Position numbers and translations under genes: made by a program. From the IMG/VR virus record IMGVR_UViG_3300031088_000758: a DNA stretch of 64,000 nt. One strand, given 5' to 3'. This document shows positions 10,229-21,469 of this stretch, one piece after another (position 1 is the stretch's first letter; every line of letters starts with the position of its first letter). The notes beneath the pieces are model-generated. The model saw only the letters and a list, made by a program, of their open reading frames with translations. It was not told where the DNA came from and searched no databases. Source of the DNA: a virus. Taxonomy: Duplodnaviria > Caudoviricetes.

Positions 10229-10909
10229 ATGAGGGATGGGAATATGATAGGAATCGGTATTTTTGGGTTAATTATTATACCTTCAATTTGTATAATGATT
10301 CTTTCTTTAGCTAAGCCACCTAGCTGGCTTAAAGATAGTGTTCTTTTCCCTCATTGGTTTAAAATAAACATGGGTTCGTTGGTTTTTTCGATAATTCTAG
10401 CGGCTGTATCTTACTTCTTGATTCATGAGAATTTCATTGCTGAATTTAAAATTGTTCATACTTTAGCTATAAGTTTATTAACTTTTATTTTTGGTCAAAC
10501 AATATTTACTGATGGATGGTTGAGATTAGCTGATAGAAGAATTTTACGGATTGCTAATGTTCTGTCTCTTATATGCGGAATTGGTTTTTTGCTTATATTT
10601 GGCAATCAAACAATGATAATGATTTATATCTTAATGTTCTTGTTAGCAACTGTAATCGTATTCTTACCTATGATTGGCACAAGTGATGGACGTGCTATAC
10701 AACTTATAGTTCTAGCAACTTATCCGACATTAGGTTTAGATAGAATGCAGTGGGGGATAATTGTTTTTGTTCCTGTTATTCTTATTTATGGATTAGTAGT
10801 GGCAATAAAAAATAAAAACATTAAAGGAATTTTTACTAAGATTTCTGTTCCTATGGTTCCTTTAATGTTGGCTCCATTTATACTAGTTTTGATGCTTCCT
10901 GTATTTTAA
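10229..10909 (+). CDS. Polytopic membrane protein, A24 prepilin-peptidase-like
   Basis: Several TM helices; TD..LRL, IGTSD (GxGD-like) and VPMVP motifs. Confidence 0.5.
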   Translation: MRDGNMIGIGIFGLIIIPSICIMILSLAKPPSWLKDSVLFPHWFKINMGSLVFSIILAAVSYFLIHENFIAEFKIVHTLAISLLTFIFGQTIFTDGWLRLADRRILRIANVLSLICGIGFLLIFGNQTMIMIYILMFLLATVIVFLPMIGTSDGRAIQLIVLATYPTLGLDRMQWGIIVFVPVILIYGLVVAIKNKNIKGIFTKISVPMVPLMLAPFILVLMLPVF

Positions 10910-10989
10910 AGGTTGTTTTTGAAACTATGAGACAAACATTGGTTAAAATGATATTGCTATAAAAAGTAGAAAACAACGGAAGGTTTAAT

Positions 10990-11898
10990 ATGTCAGATAT
11001 TTTAGACAGTATTGATGATCTCATTGAAGATGATGATTATGATTTTAGTGATGCTCCTCAGATAGAAAATGCAGAGTTTGATAATTTTGCTGGAGATTTA
11101 GAGCAAGTTATTGAAGATGAAGGAGACATGAGCGAGTCAGAGGCAAAAGAGATTACTGAAGCTATTCGTTCAGCTGCAACAGCAACATATATTTTGCTTA
11201 CTCAGGCACATGAAGGAAAAGCATATAAGGCTCTCGGTTATGAAACTTGGGCGTCATATGTCAAAGAAGAATTTGAAATTAGCCCTCAAAGAAGCTACCA
11301 GTTGTTAGATCTTTCAAAAGTTATTAAAACTATTGAGGGTTCAGCTCCTGAGGGAACAGATGTTCGTTTAACAGAAGCACAAGCTCGTGATATTAAACGA
11401 GAGTTGCCGAAGATTACCGAACGCATTCAAGAAGAAACAAAAGATCTTTCTCCAGACGAAGCTCGTGAAAAAATTGATGACATTATTGATGAAGCTAGAA
11501 ATGAAGCTTCTGAGCAACGCAATTACGATGATAAAGCAACTGCTCAAAAAGAAAAAGAATTAGAAGATGCTGATCAAGAAGGTTATCACAGAGCGCTAGA
11601 AGATGTTGCTGATCAGATGCTTGAAGCTGATGCTACAACCAGACTAGGTGATAATGCGGATGATGAGTTGATTGAAGTAGAAGTTGAGGGTGACGGTGAT
11701 GGAATGTCACCACAGGATTCAATGGATTTGTATAATTTCGTTAACGCTATGAGTGGTATTTCTTCACTTCCTGAACCTGATGATTTTGTAAGAGTGGTTC
11801 CTGATGCTCGTTTCAGTGAAGTATATGAACAAGTTATGGAAGCTGCTTCATGGGTTAATCGTTTAGCAACTCTTATGGATATGAGAAAAGAATCTTAA
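10990..11898 (+). CDS. Acidic hypothetical protein with a possible DNA-binding helical domain
   Basis: AYKALGYETWASYVKEEFEISPQRSYQL resembles a motif I recall from phage/plasmid proteins. Confidence 0.6.
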   Translation: MSDILDSIDDLIEDDDYDFSDAPQIENAEFDNFAGDLEQVIEDEGDMSESEAKEITEAIRSAATATYILLTQAHEGKAYKALGYETWASYVKEEFEISPQRSYQLLDLSKVIKTIEGSAPEGTDVRLTEAQARDIKRELPKITERIQEETKDLSPDEAREKIDDIIDEARNEASEQRNYDDKATAQKEKELEDADQEGYHRALEDVADQMLEADATTRLGDNADDELIEVEVEGDGDGMSPQDSMDLYNFVNAMSGISSLPEPDDFVRVVPDARFSEVYEQVMEAASWVNRLATLMDMRKES

Positions 11899-11931
11899 TA
11901 TTCAAAGATTTCATTGATGTTCAGAATTATC

Positions 11932-11974
11932 ATTTGAGCGCTATAAGTGTGGTATAAGCTTATAGCGCTCAAAT
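11932..11974. terminator. Inverted repeat / terminator
   Basis: atttgagcgctataag ... cttatagcgctcaaat. Confidence 0.7.
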
Positions 11975-12128
11975 TGTATTTAGATTTGTTATAATATATT
12001 TATAATAGAAAGCCTAAGTAGAAGAATAAAAATATAAAAATATATATTCTGTCTTTCGAATTGATTTTTATATTTTCTTATGGTAGAATTCTTATTAAGA
12101 ACGTTTTATAACGAAGAGAGGTATCAAA

Positions 12129-14180
12129 TTGAACATTAATGATATAAAAGAATCGCAAACAATTGATGATATGGAACTGGACGATTTTGAAGAAGATATT
12201 TTTGAACCTTCAATCAGTGTTAGATTTGTAGATGAAAGCGAAACTTATTCGCCTCTTATGTATGAAGATCTTCCGACAGAATACCAAGACATTCTGGATA
12301 ATATTGCTTCTGAGATTTTAGATCCTCATAGTGGTCATGTAGGCATAGTTGGAACTGCTTTGGCTGGTAAAACCTTTCTTATTCATCAATTAGTGGGAAA
12401 TATTGACAGATACTTGGATCGTTTAGAACGAGACAATATGCATTTTATTCACGTTGATGATGACGATTTGGACAATATTATGTCTTTGCCTAACCGTTAT
12501 CATACTTATATTTCATGTGTCATGTCTCAGCTTTCTTGTTCAGAAAGAGATATTACTTTTTACACAGAAGATCCTAGTGTGGCTGCTAAATTGTTTAGCT
12601 TTACCAAAAAAGCTAGGATTATTTTAGAAGCTTCACACTCAACTGTTGAAGGCATTGCTCATATGGAACATAGTGGAGCAACAAAAGTATGGGGTTCATG
12701 GACATTCATTGATGTTAATGAGATCTTCCTCAAGAAAAAAGACCTTGTTAATTTGCTCCATATGACACTCAATGAAAAAATCATGGAAGCATTCAAGGTA
12801 GATTTAGACCGTAAGACAATTTCCCTCTTTTTGAATCATTGTTTAAAGAATATGCCTGAGCTTCTAGGGCAAGAAGGCACTCAAAAGAACAGGGTACTAG
12901 TTCCTATCGGCATTTGGTCAGTAGTATTGAGGCGTATGGGCGGAGTTATGGGTCTGTCTGAATCAGCTAAATTGCGTAGCCGAAATAATCAGATTGTCAT
13001 GGCAAAAGTCATTGAAAGTGTGTACTCTGACAATGCTGAACTATTCCAAGATTTTGTTCAAGAAGAAAACTCAGAAAATCTCTTAGTTATACCAAGTCCT
13101 GATGGACGTAGCGCTCTCAGGATTCCAATTCCTACCCAACTTTTTGAGCAGCTCCAAGCACAGGAGCAAGATGATGATGATAAGCCTGTTATTGCTCAAA
13201 AACTTGCTTTTAATAAAATTGATGAATTAGAGCAAAACCTACATAAAGAGGTTATTGGTCAGGACCCTGCAATTGATACTATTGTTGAGAGTATGGTCGT
13301 TCCAGCAGCAGGTTTGAACGACGATAGTAAGCCTATTAAAACTATGCTGTTCTTAGGTCCAACTGGAACAGGTAAGACTAAAATGGCATTAACTTTGGCT
13401 AAAAGTATTGCTGAAGAACCGCTTAATGTCATTCGTATTGATATGAGTGAGTATTCACAAGCCCATGAAGCAGCTAAATTGTTGGGAGCACCTCCAGGAT
13501 ATGCAGGATTTGAAAAAGGTGGTGTCTTAACAAACGCTGTAAAAAAACACCCTAACTCTTTGATCTTGCTGGATGAAATCGAAAAAGCTCACGCTAAAAT
13601 TTGGGATAGTTTCTTGCAAATCTTCGATGCTGGAAGAATGACTGATGGAAGTGGAAATACAATTGATTTCACACAAACTGTCATTGTTATGACTTCAAAC
13701 ATAGGTGCTAGTAAGATTAGCAAAAAATCCCCAGGATTTAGTGCTATTAGCGAAGCAGAAGCTTATGATAAGAGACAGAAAGACTCAAAGACTATTATCA
13801 CAAAAGCTCTTGAAGATGAGTTCCGACCTGAACTAATTAACCGTATTGACGAATTAGTAATCTTTAATGAACTTTCGCTTGAAACTTCACGCAAAATCGT
13901 TCGTAAAGAAATAGGTATCCTTGAAGAGCGCATGACTAAACAGGGTTATGTGTTAGGAGACATTGAAAACGATATTATTGATGAAATCTTGTCTAAATCA
14001 AATGTTTCAAAATATGGTGCTCGTGAAATTCAAAGAGTGATACTTCGTAATCTTAGCAGTCCAATCGCTCGAAATATGTTAGATAAGCCTCTGGCTAAAT
14101 CTGACAAAGAATTGATTGAATCCAGTACTTTGAAGTTGATTCTAGATAAAGAAAAAAACATTTTAGTTAAAAAAGTTTGA
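12129..14180 (+). CDS. ClpA/B/C-like AAA+ ATPase (intact D2 ring, degenerate D1)
   Basis: VIGQD, FLGPTGTGKT, RIDMSEY, GAPPGYAG, LLDEIEKAH, FRPELINRID, YGAREI. Confidence 0.88.
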   Translation: MNINDIKESQTIDDMELDDFEEDIFEPSISVRFVDESETYSPLMYEDLPTEYQDILDNIASEILDPHSGHVGIVGTALAGKTFLIHQLVGNIDRYLDRLERDNMHFIHVDDDDLDNIMSLPNRYHTYISCVMSQLSCSERDITFYTEDPSVAAKLFSFTKKARIILEASHSTVEGIAHMEHSGATKVWGSWTFIDVNEIFLKKKDLVNLLHMTLNEKIMEAFKVDLDRKTISLFLNHCLKNMPELLGQEGTQKNRVLVPIGIWSVVLRRMGGVMGLSESAKLRSRNNQIVMAKVIESVYSDNAELFQDFVQEENSENLLVIPSPDGRSALRIPIPTQLFEQLQAQEQDDDDKPVIAQKLAFNKIDELEQNLHKEVIGQDPAIDTIVESMVVPAAGLNDDSKPIKTMLFLGPTGTGKTKMALTLAKSIAEEPLNVIRIDMSEYSQAHEAAKLLGAPPGYAGFEKGGVLTNAVKKHPNSLILLDEIEKAHAKIWDSFLQIFDAGRMTDGSGNTIDFTQTVIVMTSNIGASKISKKSPGFSAISEAEAYDKRQKDSKTIITKALEDEFRPELINRIDELVIFNELSLETSRKIVRKEIGILEERMTKQGYVLGDIENDIIDEILSKSNVSKYGAREIQRVILRNLSSPIARNMLDKPLAKSDKELIESSTLKLILDKEKNILVKKV

Positions 14181-14215
14181 ATAACTAAAAAGACATAAAA
14201 AGAAACGGAGCAAGT

Positions 14216-15295
14216 ATGTCTCAAGACTACGGAATTGACAATGAAGGCACTGGTTTTGACTTTGATGATGAAGAAGACATTGAAAAAGTTTTTAACAGGG
14301 TCTCACAAGCTGCTGACCCTGGAGAAGATAATGATGATTCTCATTTAGCTTACGTGTATGACAATCAAAGTAATGATGAATACACTGAGGAAAAAGATGA
14401 TACGCCTTCCTCAATCTCAACAGTTGATGAGCATGTAGAATTTGAAGCACCAGTAGAAGCTGATGACAGTAGATCCAACAATTCTTGGGAAGTTGTCAAT
14501 CAAGATGATTCTTCTCAATTAGTTCATGAAGTTCCCACTTATGATGACAGTATTGATGCTGCTTCTGATGACAACTATGAAGCACATGAAGAATTTATCG
14601 TAGATGATTCAACTAGTGCTAATGAGTCTGAAGAAAATATTTCTCATGAAACTTTGTCACCTGAAAACCGAAGAGTTTACAATTCTGATTCGTCATATGC
14701 TGGTGAAGGAGATCTTCCAGAGACTCAACCTAAGAGGTATGGAACACATAGTTCTGGGACACCAGTAGAGTCTTACAGTGCTTCAACCCCATCTCCTACA
14801 CCACAAGATAATGTGGCACCATTGACAACACCTGTTGCTTCTTCTAGAAGGTTTAACATACCAACAGAGAAAGAAGATATAGCACATGCAGAAAGAGTTA
14901 TCAAAATTATTGATGTTTATAGAGGATTGTCAAACCAAAATGTTGTAGCACAATTAATCTATAATGAAAATGAAGTAGATCATAAAGATGAAGCCTCATT
15001 AGTTGTCAAAGCGTTAAGAGCTGATCCTGTTTTATCCGAAATGATGACAGCACTGCGTGAAGCAGCACTTGAAAAAGATCGAGTTGAAAGAGTATTCTAC
15101 ATTCTAAGATTAGAGCGACATTTGTTGAATTATTTAGGAGATTTTTTGACAACAATTGTTGGTGCTGAATTTACTGACAAGAACGATCAAATTGGGTATT
15201 CAAAACAAATAGAAACTGTTATTGAAGGTCTCGATTCTAAAATTGTTCAGATAGTTGCTGATGCTCAATCTGTTCTAGCAGCTGCACACGAGTGA
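14216..15295 (+). CDS. Hypothetical protein with acidic, disordered N-terminus
   Basis: Long ORF with GGAG SD. Confidence 0.7.
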   Translation: MSQDYGIDNEGTGFDFDDEEDIEKVFNRVSQAADPGEDNDDSHLAYVYDNQSNDEYTEEKDDTPSSISTVDEHVEFEAPVEADDSRSNNSWEVVNQDDSSQLVHEVPTYDDSIDAASDDNYEAHEEFIVDDSTSANESEENISHETLSPENRRVYNSDSSYAGEGDLPETQPKRYGTHSSGTPVESYSASTPSPTPQDNVAPLTTPVASSRRFNIPTEKEDIAHAERVIKIIDVYRGLSNQNVVAQLIYNENEVDHKDEASLVVKALRADPVLSEMMTALREAALEKDRVERVFYILRLERHLLNYLGDFLTTIVGAEFTDKNDQIGYSKQIETVIEGLDSKIVQIVADAQSVLAAAHE

Positions 15296-15301
15296 TGGTT
15301 A

Positions 15302-15349
15302 AATAATTATTGAGCACCAAAACAATAAATTTGGTGCTCAATAATTATT
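15302..15349. terminator. Inverted repeat / terminator
   Basis: aataattattgagcaccaaa ... tttggtgctcaataattatt. Confidence 0.7.
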
Positions 15350-15451
15350 GCAATGGAAAAAACATTATTAATTTGTAAAATTGGTAGAATATGACTAAAC
15401 AATAGAATTGTAGAACGTTGGTATGCTTATTAGTGGAGAGAATGGTCTAAG

Positions 15452-18181
15452 GTGAACGATAAAGTAGATTTATGGGATAATGACATTTTTGAAGAATTGT
15501 TTAATGGAATTGATGAAGATGAAGAAAAACTTCTCTCAGAAAAAGAGATTCCAACACCTAAGCATGTCCTCACTCGTAGAATGATTGAGCTACAATTAAA
15601 AAATGAAGAAATTTTACTTTTTTCCCAAGAAGATTTAACATCAGGTGATTTTTCAAATTTAATAAACGCTAATCATTACATACAGGATGATTATAATGTT
15701 TGCTCAGTTAAATTAACACCTATAAATTCCTTTGTATTGAGAAATTCCATGCGAGGATTTAAAAACATCATTGAAAAAGATGTGGCTAAAATTTTAGGCG
15801 AAAAAGCAAATATTATAGAACCTCCACATGCTTACATGACAGAAGACAAAAAGCATGTGGAAGTTAAAGTGCCTAATATAAATTTGTATCGAGAAATCTT
15901 AGGCAAAGTGGATGCTTATCCCACTAAGACAGGTTTTAGAGTTACTTTAAATAAGGTTCTAGACCTTGAATCCATGGTAGAAAAGATGGAATCAAATATG
16001 CCTAGAATAGTTTTTGATAAAGAAGTTCTACAATTAAACAGGGAACCCATTTTAGGTTTTGATGGAACATTAGAATCCTTAAAAAGTTTGCCCTTATCTT
16101 TACTGAATATAGTTGCTGCGGATAATCAAACATATAAGGCTAAGAAAGCGTCTACTGAAACTATTGAAGAAAAGATGAAAAAAATGGGAGTTAAAAACCT
16201 GTATGATCTTTTGTTCTGGCTTCCACGTAGGTACATTGACAAGTCCAATCCTCAAGACTTAATGGATCTAGTAGCTGGCGAAACAGCCGTAGTAGTAGGG
16301 CGCATAGACTCATCCTCTGAAATTCGTTCAGGAAGAGGTGGTGCTGTATTTAACATTAAAACAGATAATGGTCAAAAAATTAGAGCTAGCTTCTTTAATC
16401 AGGCATGGTTGCTTTCTAAATTCAAAGTAAACAATGAAGTCCTAATTACAGGTAAGTTTTCTTGGTGGAATGGTGAACCTCAAATCGGGGGTGCTTCTAT
16501 TGACCATGCTGAAGAAGCTTCACTTCTACCTATTGTTCCTGTATACAAGCAATCACCAAGTAAAGGTCTTACAACTCATCTTATAATGAGCGCTAATCGA
16601 GAGCTATTGTCTCGATTAGGTGACGTTAAACTTCCCGTTTATTTTAGACAACATGGCAGAATGGACTATTGCGAAGCATTAGCAGAATTACATTTCCCTA
16701 GTAGCTTGAATCGCCATAATGAAGCAGTTAATGACCTTGCTTATTATGAACTTGTATATATGCAATTAATTATTCAAGAAGCAAAAGAAAAAAGCATTGT
16801 TAAACCAGGCATAAAGCTAGAAATGTCAAAAGACAAACTACAAGCAAAAGCAATTAAATCTTTGCCCTTTGAGCTTACTACTTCTCAGAAAAGAGCTATT
16901 GTAACTTTAAACAAAAAATTTATCGACTCTAAACCTTCTTCTACATTGCTTTCGGCTGATGTGGGTTCAGGAAAAACTTTGGTAGCTCAATTGTCAGCTC
17001 TGAAAGCAATTGATGCTGGCGATTATCAGGCCGTTTTGATCGCTCCGACAGATATTCTCGCACGACAGTTATTTCTATCCTTTAAACGCCTTCTAGATAG
17101 CATAGAGACGGAGTACGGACATAAGGTTGAGATAGATTTTCTCAGTGGTGGAATGAAAGCATCTGAGAAAAAACCTATTCTTGCTAGAATCGCTGAAGGC
17201 ACAACTCAGATCATTGTTGGAACGCATTCTTTAATGTCTTCTGTAAAATATCATAATTTAGGGTACGTAGTAATTGATGAACAGCAAAAATTTGGAGCTG
17301 AACAAAGAAGCGTCTTGCTGAATTCCAGAACAGATAATCATATACCTGATTTAATGATGATGACAGCAACTCCTATACCTAGATCCACAGCGCAAGTTTT
17401 CTATGGGGATATTGATATGGTAGAGCTTTCTGAAAAGCCACCTGGTAGAATTCCGATTGAAACTGAATGGGTGAGAGAAGATCCCGAAGCAATTGTTGAT
17501 GAGTTAACTAACCCTATGTGGAATGATCTTGTTGTAGAATGTAAAAAAGGAAACCAAGCATTTATCATTACACCGTTAGTTTCAGAGTCAGATAAAATTG
17601 ATGCAGCATCTGCCGAAAAAGCATACAAAAGTTTGAGTCAATTGTCGTTAAGTGGTTTAAACATTGGAATGGTACACGGTCAAATGAAACAAGAGCTTCA
17701 AAAAGAAGAAATGGAGAAATTCAAGAATAAAGAATATGATGTTCTTATAGCGTCAACGATTGTTGAAGTTGGAGTAGATATTCCTGATGCTACTAGAGTG
17801 GTTATTCTCTCAGCGGAAAGATTAGGTGCTTCTTCTCTTCACCAGATAAGAGGTAGAGTTGGCCGAAATAGTAAACCTTCTAAATGCTATTTAGTTTCTC
17901 TAGGAAGAACAGAGAACAGTCAACTCAGACTTCAATCTTTGGTTGATAGTGAAAATGGTTTTGATATTGCAAAAGCTGATCTTGAACTTCGTGGTGAAGG
18001 AAAAATGTTCAGTGCTGATCAATCTGGACGTTCAGAAATGATATTTGCAAATCTTTCTAAGCACCGAGAAAACATTGAAAAAGCAAAGGAAGAAGCGTTA
18101 AGAATATTGAAATCCCCATTTAGGGAAAAAGCTTTAAAAGATAGTAGAGAAAAATTTGAATCAGATGCGAGGTTGATGTAA
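15452..18181 (+). CDS. recG: RecG DNA helicase with N-terminal extension
   Basis: LPRRYID, LPFELT, DVGSGKT, DEQQKFG, MTATPIPR, IVEVGVDIP, HQIRGRVGR, DLELRGEG. Confidence 0.93.
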   Translation: MNDKVDLWDNDIFEELFNGIDEDEEKLLSEKEIPTPKHVLTRRMIELQLKNEEILLFSQEDLTSGDFSNLINANHYIQDDYNVCSVKLTPINSFVLRNSMRGFKNIIEKDVAKILGEKANIIEPPHAYMTEDKKHVEVKVPNINLYREILGKVDAYPTKTGFRVTLNKVLDLESMVEKMESNMPRIVFDKEVLQLNREPILGFDGTLESLKSLPLSLLNIVAADNQTYKAKKASTETIEEKMKKMGVKNLYDLLFWLPRRYIDKSNPQDLMDLVAGETAVVVGRIDSSSEIRSGRGGAVFNIKTDNGQKIRASFFNQAWLLSKFKVNNEVLITGKFSWWNGEPQIGGASIDHAEEASLLPIVPVYKQSPSKGLTTHLIMSANRELLSRLGDVKLPVYFRQHGRMDYCEALAELHFPSSLNRHNEAVNDLAYYELVYMQLIIQEAKEKSIVKPGIKLEMSKDKLQAKAIKSLPFELTTSQKRAIVTLNKKFIDSKPSSTLLSADVGSGKTLVAQLSALKAIDAGDYQAVLIAPTDILARQLFLSFKRLLDSIETEYGHKVEIDFLSGGMKASEKKPILARIAEGTTQIIVGTHSLMSSVKYHNLGYVVIDEQQKFGAEQRSVLLNSRTDNHIPDLMMMTATPIPRSTAQVFYGDIDMVELSEKPPGRIPIETEWVREDPEAIVDELTNPMWNDLVVECKKGNQAFIITPLVSESDKIDAASAEKAYKSLSQLSLSGLNIGMVHGQMKQELQKEEMEKFKNKEYDVLIASTIVEVGVDIPDATRVVILSAERLGASSLHQIRGRVGRNSKPSKCYLVSLGRTENSQLRLQSLVDSENGFDIAKADLELRGEGKMFSADQSGRSEMIFANLSKHRENIEKAKEEALRILKSPFREKALKDSREKFESDARLM

Positions 18182-18183
18182 TA

Positions 18184-18786
18184 ATGTTGTTTTTTAGGCG
18201 TTTTCTTGTCAGGATAAAAAAAGAGTATAATACAAATAGAAAAAATTTGTTTTTATTTTCAACTCTTGCTTCTGTTTTGTTCATACTCATAGGCATTGCT
18301 GCTGATCTTTTTATCCCGTTTAATAGTTGGGGAAACCTAATAAGAACTCTTATACTCATTCCCACGGCTACCAGCATGTTCATATGGGGATACTCTATTG
18401 CTATACATAATCATTATAAAAAAATAGAGACAGACCCTATGTGGGTGCCATTCAGAGCTAGATTATCTCCCACATGGCGAAGAAGAACTGCGTTGATTGT
18501 AGGTGCTGTTCTAGTCGTAGGTGTATATGCTAATAGCCAATCAATAGGCTACACACCTATATCATCATTGTTTACAGCAATAGTAATCGGTTTAGTTGCT
18601 TTCATTAGAACAACCCGTGAGGAAGCACGTAGAGAAGAATTTGACATTCCCGATGAAAGAGACATCAGATACGATCAGCAAATGAAAAAAATTGAACAAG
18701 CTCGAAAAGAAGCGATTCACAAAAAACAGCTGAGAAAAGAAAATCGTAAAAACAAAAATATTTTAGATGATGAAACAGTAGAGTAA
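18184..18786 (+). CDS. Membrane protein (about 4 TM)
   Basis: Hydrophobic segments and charged tail. Confidence 0.7.
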   Translation: MLFFRRFLVRIKKEYNTNRKNLFLFSTLASVLFILIGIAADLFIPFNSWGNLIRTLILIPTATSMFIWGYSIAIHNHYKKIETDPMWVPFRARLSPTWRRRTALIVGAVLVVGVYANSQSIGYTPISSLFTAIVIGLVAFIRTTREEARREEFDIPDERDIRYDQQMKKIEQARKEAIHKKQLRKENRKNKNILDDETVE

Positions 18787-19166
18787 AGTCAAACTAAACT
18801 ACTGTAAGATTTTTAAAAAAAGTTATACTAATCACATTTCGTAAAGTATTGAATATAATATTGTCAACATGTCAAAAAACACCCTAAAAACGGCAATACT
18901 TTTATTATACAACAATAATTATTAAATAAAATTTTGATTAGAGAATAAAGATCCAACATAAAAAACAGCAGCGAAAAAAAAGATAGAAGTGATGAAAAAA
19001 TTTTTAAATTCGCCAAAAAACCAATATGCAGGAACTATAAAGATTAGACATCTAAAACATTAAAGAAAAAAGAAAATAGAGAATTTTAAATGATACTTTT
19101 GAGAAAAAGTTGATAAGATTCTACAACCAACTAGAGGAACACAGTTTTAAAGGAGAATGACAACAT

Positions 19167-21341
19167 ATGACTATGGTCAACGAAGAATTAGATTATACTG
19201 GCTCTGAACAGGAAGAGCTTGACTACCATTCATTAAACGCAAAAATTAACTTAGTAGGAACTGACGGAAAGCTTCAATTAGAATCCGATAAAGAAGCCAC
19301 ACGTCAATTCTTCTTAACTCATGTAAACCAAAATACAGTATACTTCCATAACTTAGAAGAAAAATTAGAATACCTTGTAGACAACAACTATTACGAAGAA
19401 GATGTTATTGAACAATATTCATCCGCATTCGTAAAATCTCTTTTCAAAAGAGCATACTCATACAAGTTCCGTTTTGAAAGCTTCTTAGGTGCATTTAAGT
19501 ATTACACTTCTTATACTCTTAAAACATTCGATGGTAAACGATACCTTGAACGTTTTGAAGATCGTGTAACAATGACTTCACTCTACTTAGCCCGTGGAAA
19601 TGAAGAAGAAGCTGAAAAAGTGCTTGATGAAATCATGACAGGTAGATACCAGCCTGCCACTCCAACATTCTTAAATGCTGGAAAATCACAACGTGGAGAA
19701 TTAGTATCTTGCTTCTTGCTTAACGTAGAAGATAACATGGAATCTATCGCTCGTAGCATTACAAACAGTCTACAGCTTTCTAAACGAGGTGGAGGAGTTG
19801 CTCTAAACCTGACTAACGTTCGTGAAACAGGAGCACCCATCAAACGAATCCAAAATCAATCAAGTGGAATAGTCCCTGTGATGAAAATGTTAGAGGACTC
19901 TTTCTCCTACGCTAACCAGCTTGGAGCACGTCAAGGAGCAGGAGCTGTTTACTTGAATGCTCATCATCCTGATATCATGAGATTTTTGGACACAAAACGT
20001 GAGAATGCTGACGAGAAAATTCGTATTAAAACATTGTCGCTTGGAGTAGTTATTCCTGACATTACTTTTGAACTTGCTAAGAACAATTCCGATATGTATT
20101 TGTTCTCTCCTTATGACGTAGAAAGAGTATACAAAGTTCCTTTTGCTGACATAAATGTTTCAGAAAAATACCATGATTTAGTTGATGACAAAAGAATTCG
20201 TAAAAGCAAGATTAAAGCTCGTCAATTCTTCCAAACAATTGCTGAAATTCAGTTCGAATCTGGATACCCATACATAATGTTTGAAGACACTGTGAACAAA
20301 GCAAACCCAATCGACGGAAAAGTCAAAATGAGCAATCTTTGTTCAGAAATTCTTCAAGTTTCAGAAACCGCAACATTCAATGAAGATGGAACTTACAAGA
20401 ACGTTGGTAAGGATATCTCTTGTAATCTTGGTTCATTGAATATTGCCAAAGCATTTGATTCAGCTGATTTTGCTCAAACAATTGAAACAGCAATCAGATC
20501 ATTGACAGCAGTTTCAGATCTGTCCAATATCTCTTCTGTTCCTTCAATTGAAAACGGTAACGATAAATCACACGCTATTGGTCTTGGACAAATGAATCTC
20601 CACGGATTCTTAGCACGTGAGCATATCCACTATGATTCAACAGAAGCAGTAGACTTTACAAATCTTTACTTCTATGCTGTAAACTACGAGTCTATCAAAG
20701 CATCTAACAAGATTGCTAAAGAACGTAATGAAACATTTGAAGGTTTTGATAAGTCTGAATATGCTTCTGGTGTTTACTTCCAAAAATACATTGAAAAAGA
20801 CTGGTCAATTGCTGAAACTGAAAAAGTGGCTAATCTTATGCGTCGTTCTTCAATCTATCTTCCTAAACCAGAAGATTGGGTAAAACTTGCCGAAGAAGTT
20901 AAAGAACATGGTTTGTACAATGCTTACAGACTAGCAGTTCCTCCAACTGGAAGCATCTCGTATATCAATAATTCAACAAGCAGCATTCACCCTATTGCCG
21001 CTCCTATCGAGGCTCGCAAGGAAGGAAAATTAGGACGAGTTTATTATCCTGCTCCTTATTTGAGTGATGATACACTTCCTTACTATAGGGATGCTTACAA
21101 AGTTGGTCCAAATGCTATTATTGATGTATACGCGGCGGCTACTGTTCATACAGATCAGGGTCTTTCATTGACTTTGTTCTATCCTGACACTGTTTCAACT
21201 AGGGATTTGAATAAGTCATATATTAAGGCTTGGACAGCAGGAATTAAAACTCTTTACTATGTCCGACTTAAGAATTCTGCAGTTGCGGGAACAGAAATAG
21301 AAGGGCTTGCATCAGACTACTGTGAGTCTTGTCAATTGTGA
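19167..21341 (+). CDS. nrdE: Class Ib ribonucleotide reductase alpha subunit
   Basis: [58 protein letters not shown]; C-terminal CESC. Confidence 0.97.
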   Translation: MTMVNEELDYTGSEQEELDYHSLNAKINLVGTDGKLQLESDKEATRQFFLTHVNQNTVYFHNLEEKLEYLVDNNYYEEDVIEQYSSAFVKSLFKRAYSYKFRFESFLGAFKYYTSYTLKTFDGKRYLERFEDRVTMTSLYLARGNEEEAEKVLDEIMTGRYQPATPTFLNAGKSQRGELVSCFLLNVEDNMESIARSITNSLQLSKRGGGVALNLTNVRETGAPIKRIQNQSSGIVPVMKMLEDSFSYANQLGARQGAGAVYLNAHHPDIMRFLDTKRENADEKIRIKTLSLGVVIPDITFELAKNNSDMYLFSPYDVERVYKVPFADINVSEKYHDLVDDKRIRKSKIKARQFFQTIAEIQFESGYPYIMFEDTVNKANPIDGKVKMSNLCSEILQVSETATFNEDGTYKNVGKDISCNLGSLNIAKAFDSADFAQTIETAIRSLTAVSDLSNISSVPSIENGNDKSHAIGLGQMNLHGFLAREHIHYDSTEAVDFTNLYFYAVNYESIKASNKIAKERNETFEGFDKSEYASGVYFQKYIEKDWSIAETEKVANLMRRSSIYLPKPEDWVKLAEEVKEHGLYNAYRLAVPPTGSISYINNSTSSIHPIAAPIEARKEGKLGRVYYPAPYLSDDTLPYYRDAYKVGPNAIIDVYAAATVHTDQGLSLTLFYPDTVSTRDLNKSYIKAWTAGIKTLYYVRLKNSAVAGTEIEGLASDYCESCQL

Positions 21342-21380
21342 GGGAACTGCCACAGCGTATGAATTTTTAAAAATTAAATA

Positions 21381-21425
21381 ACAAAGAAACCACCTTTTCG
21401 CTTTTTGAACGGGTGGTTTCTTTGT
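21381..21425. terminator. Inverted repeat / terminator after nrdE
   Basis: acaaagaaaccacc ... ggtggtttctttgt. Confidence 0.7.
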
Positions 21426-21469
21426 GTTTCTTGTTATAATAGCTATGTATAAATTTCAAAGAAAAAGGT

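Noticed and set aside
18787-19166. A-rich intergenic region as replication origin or NrdR-regulated promoter
   Set aside because: I could not identify iterons, DnaA boxes or a convincing NrdR box.
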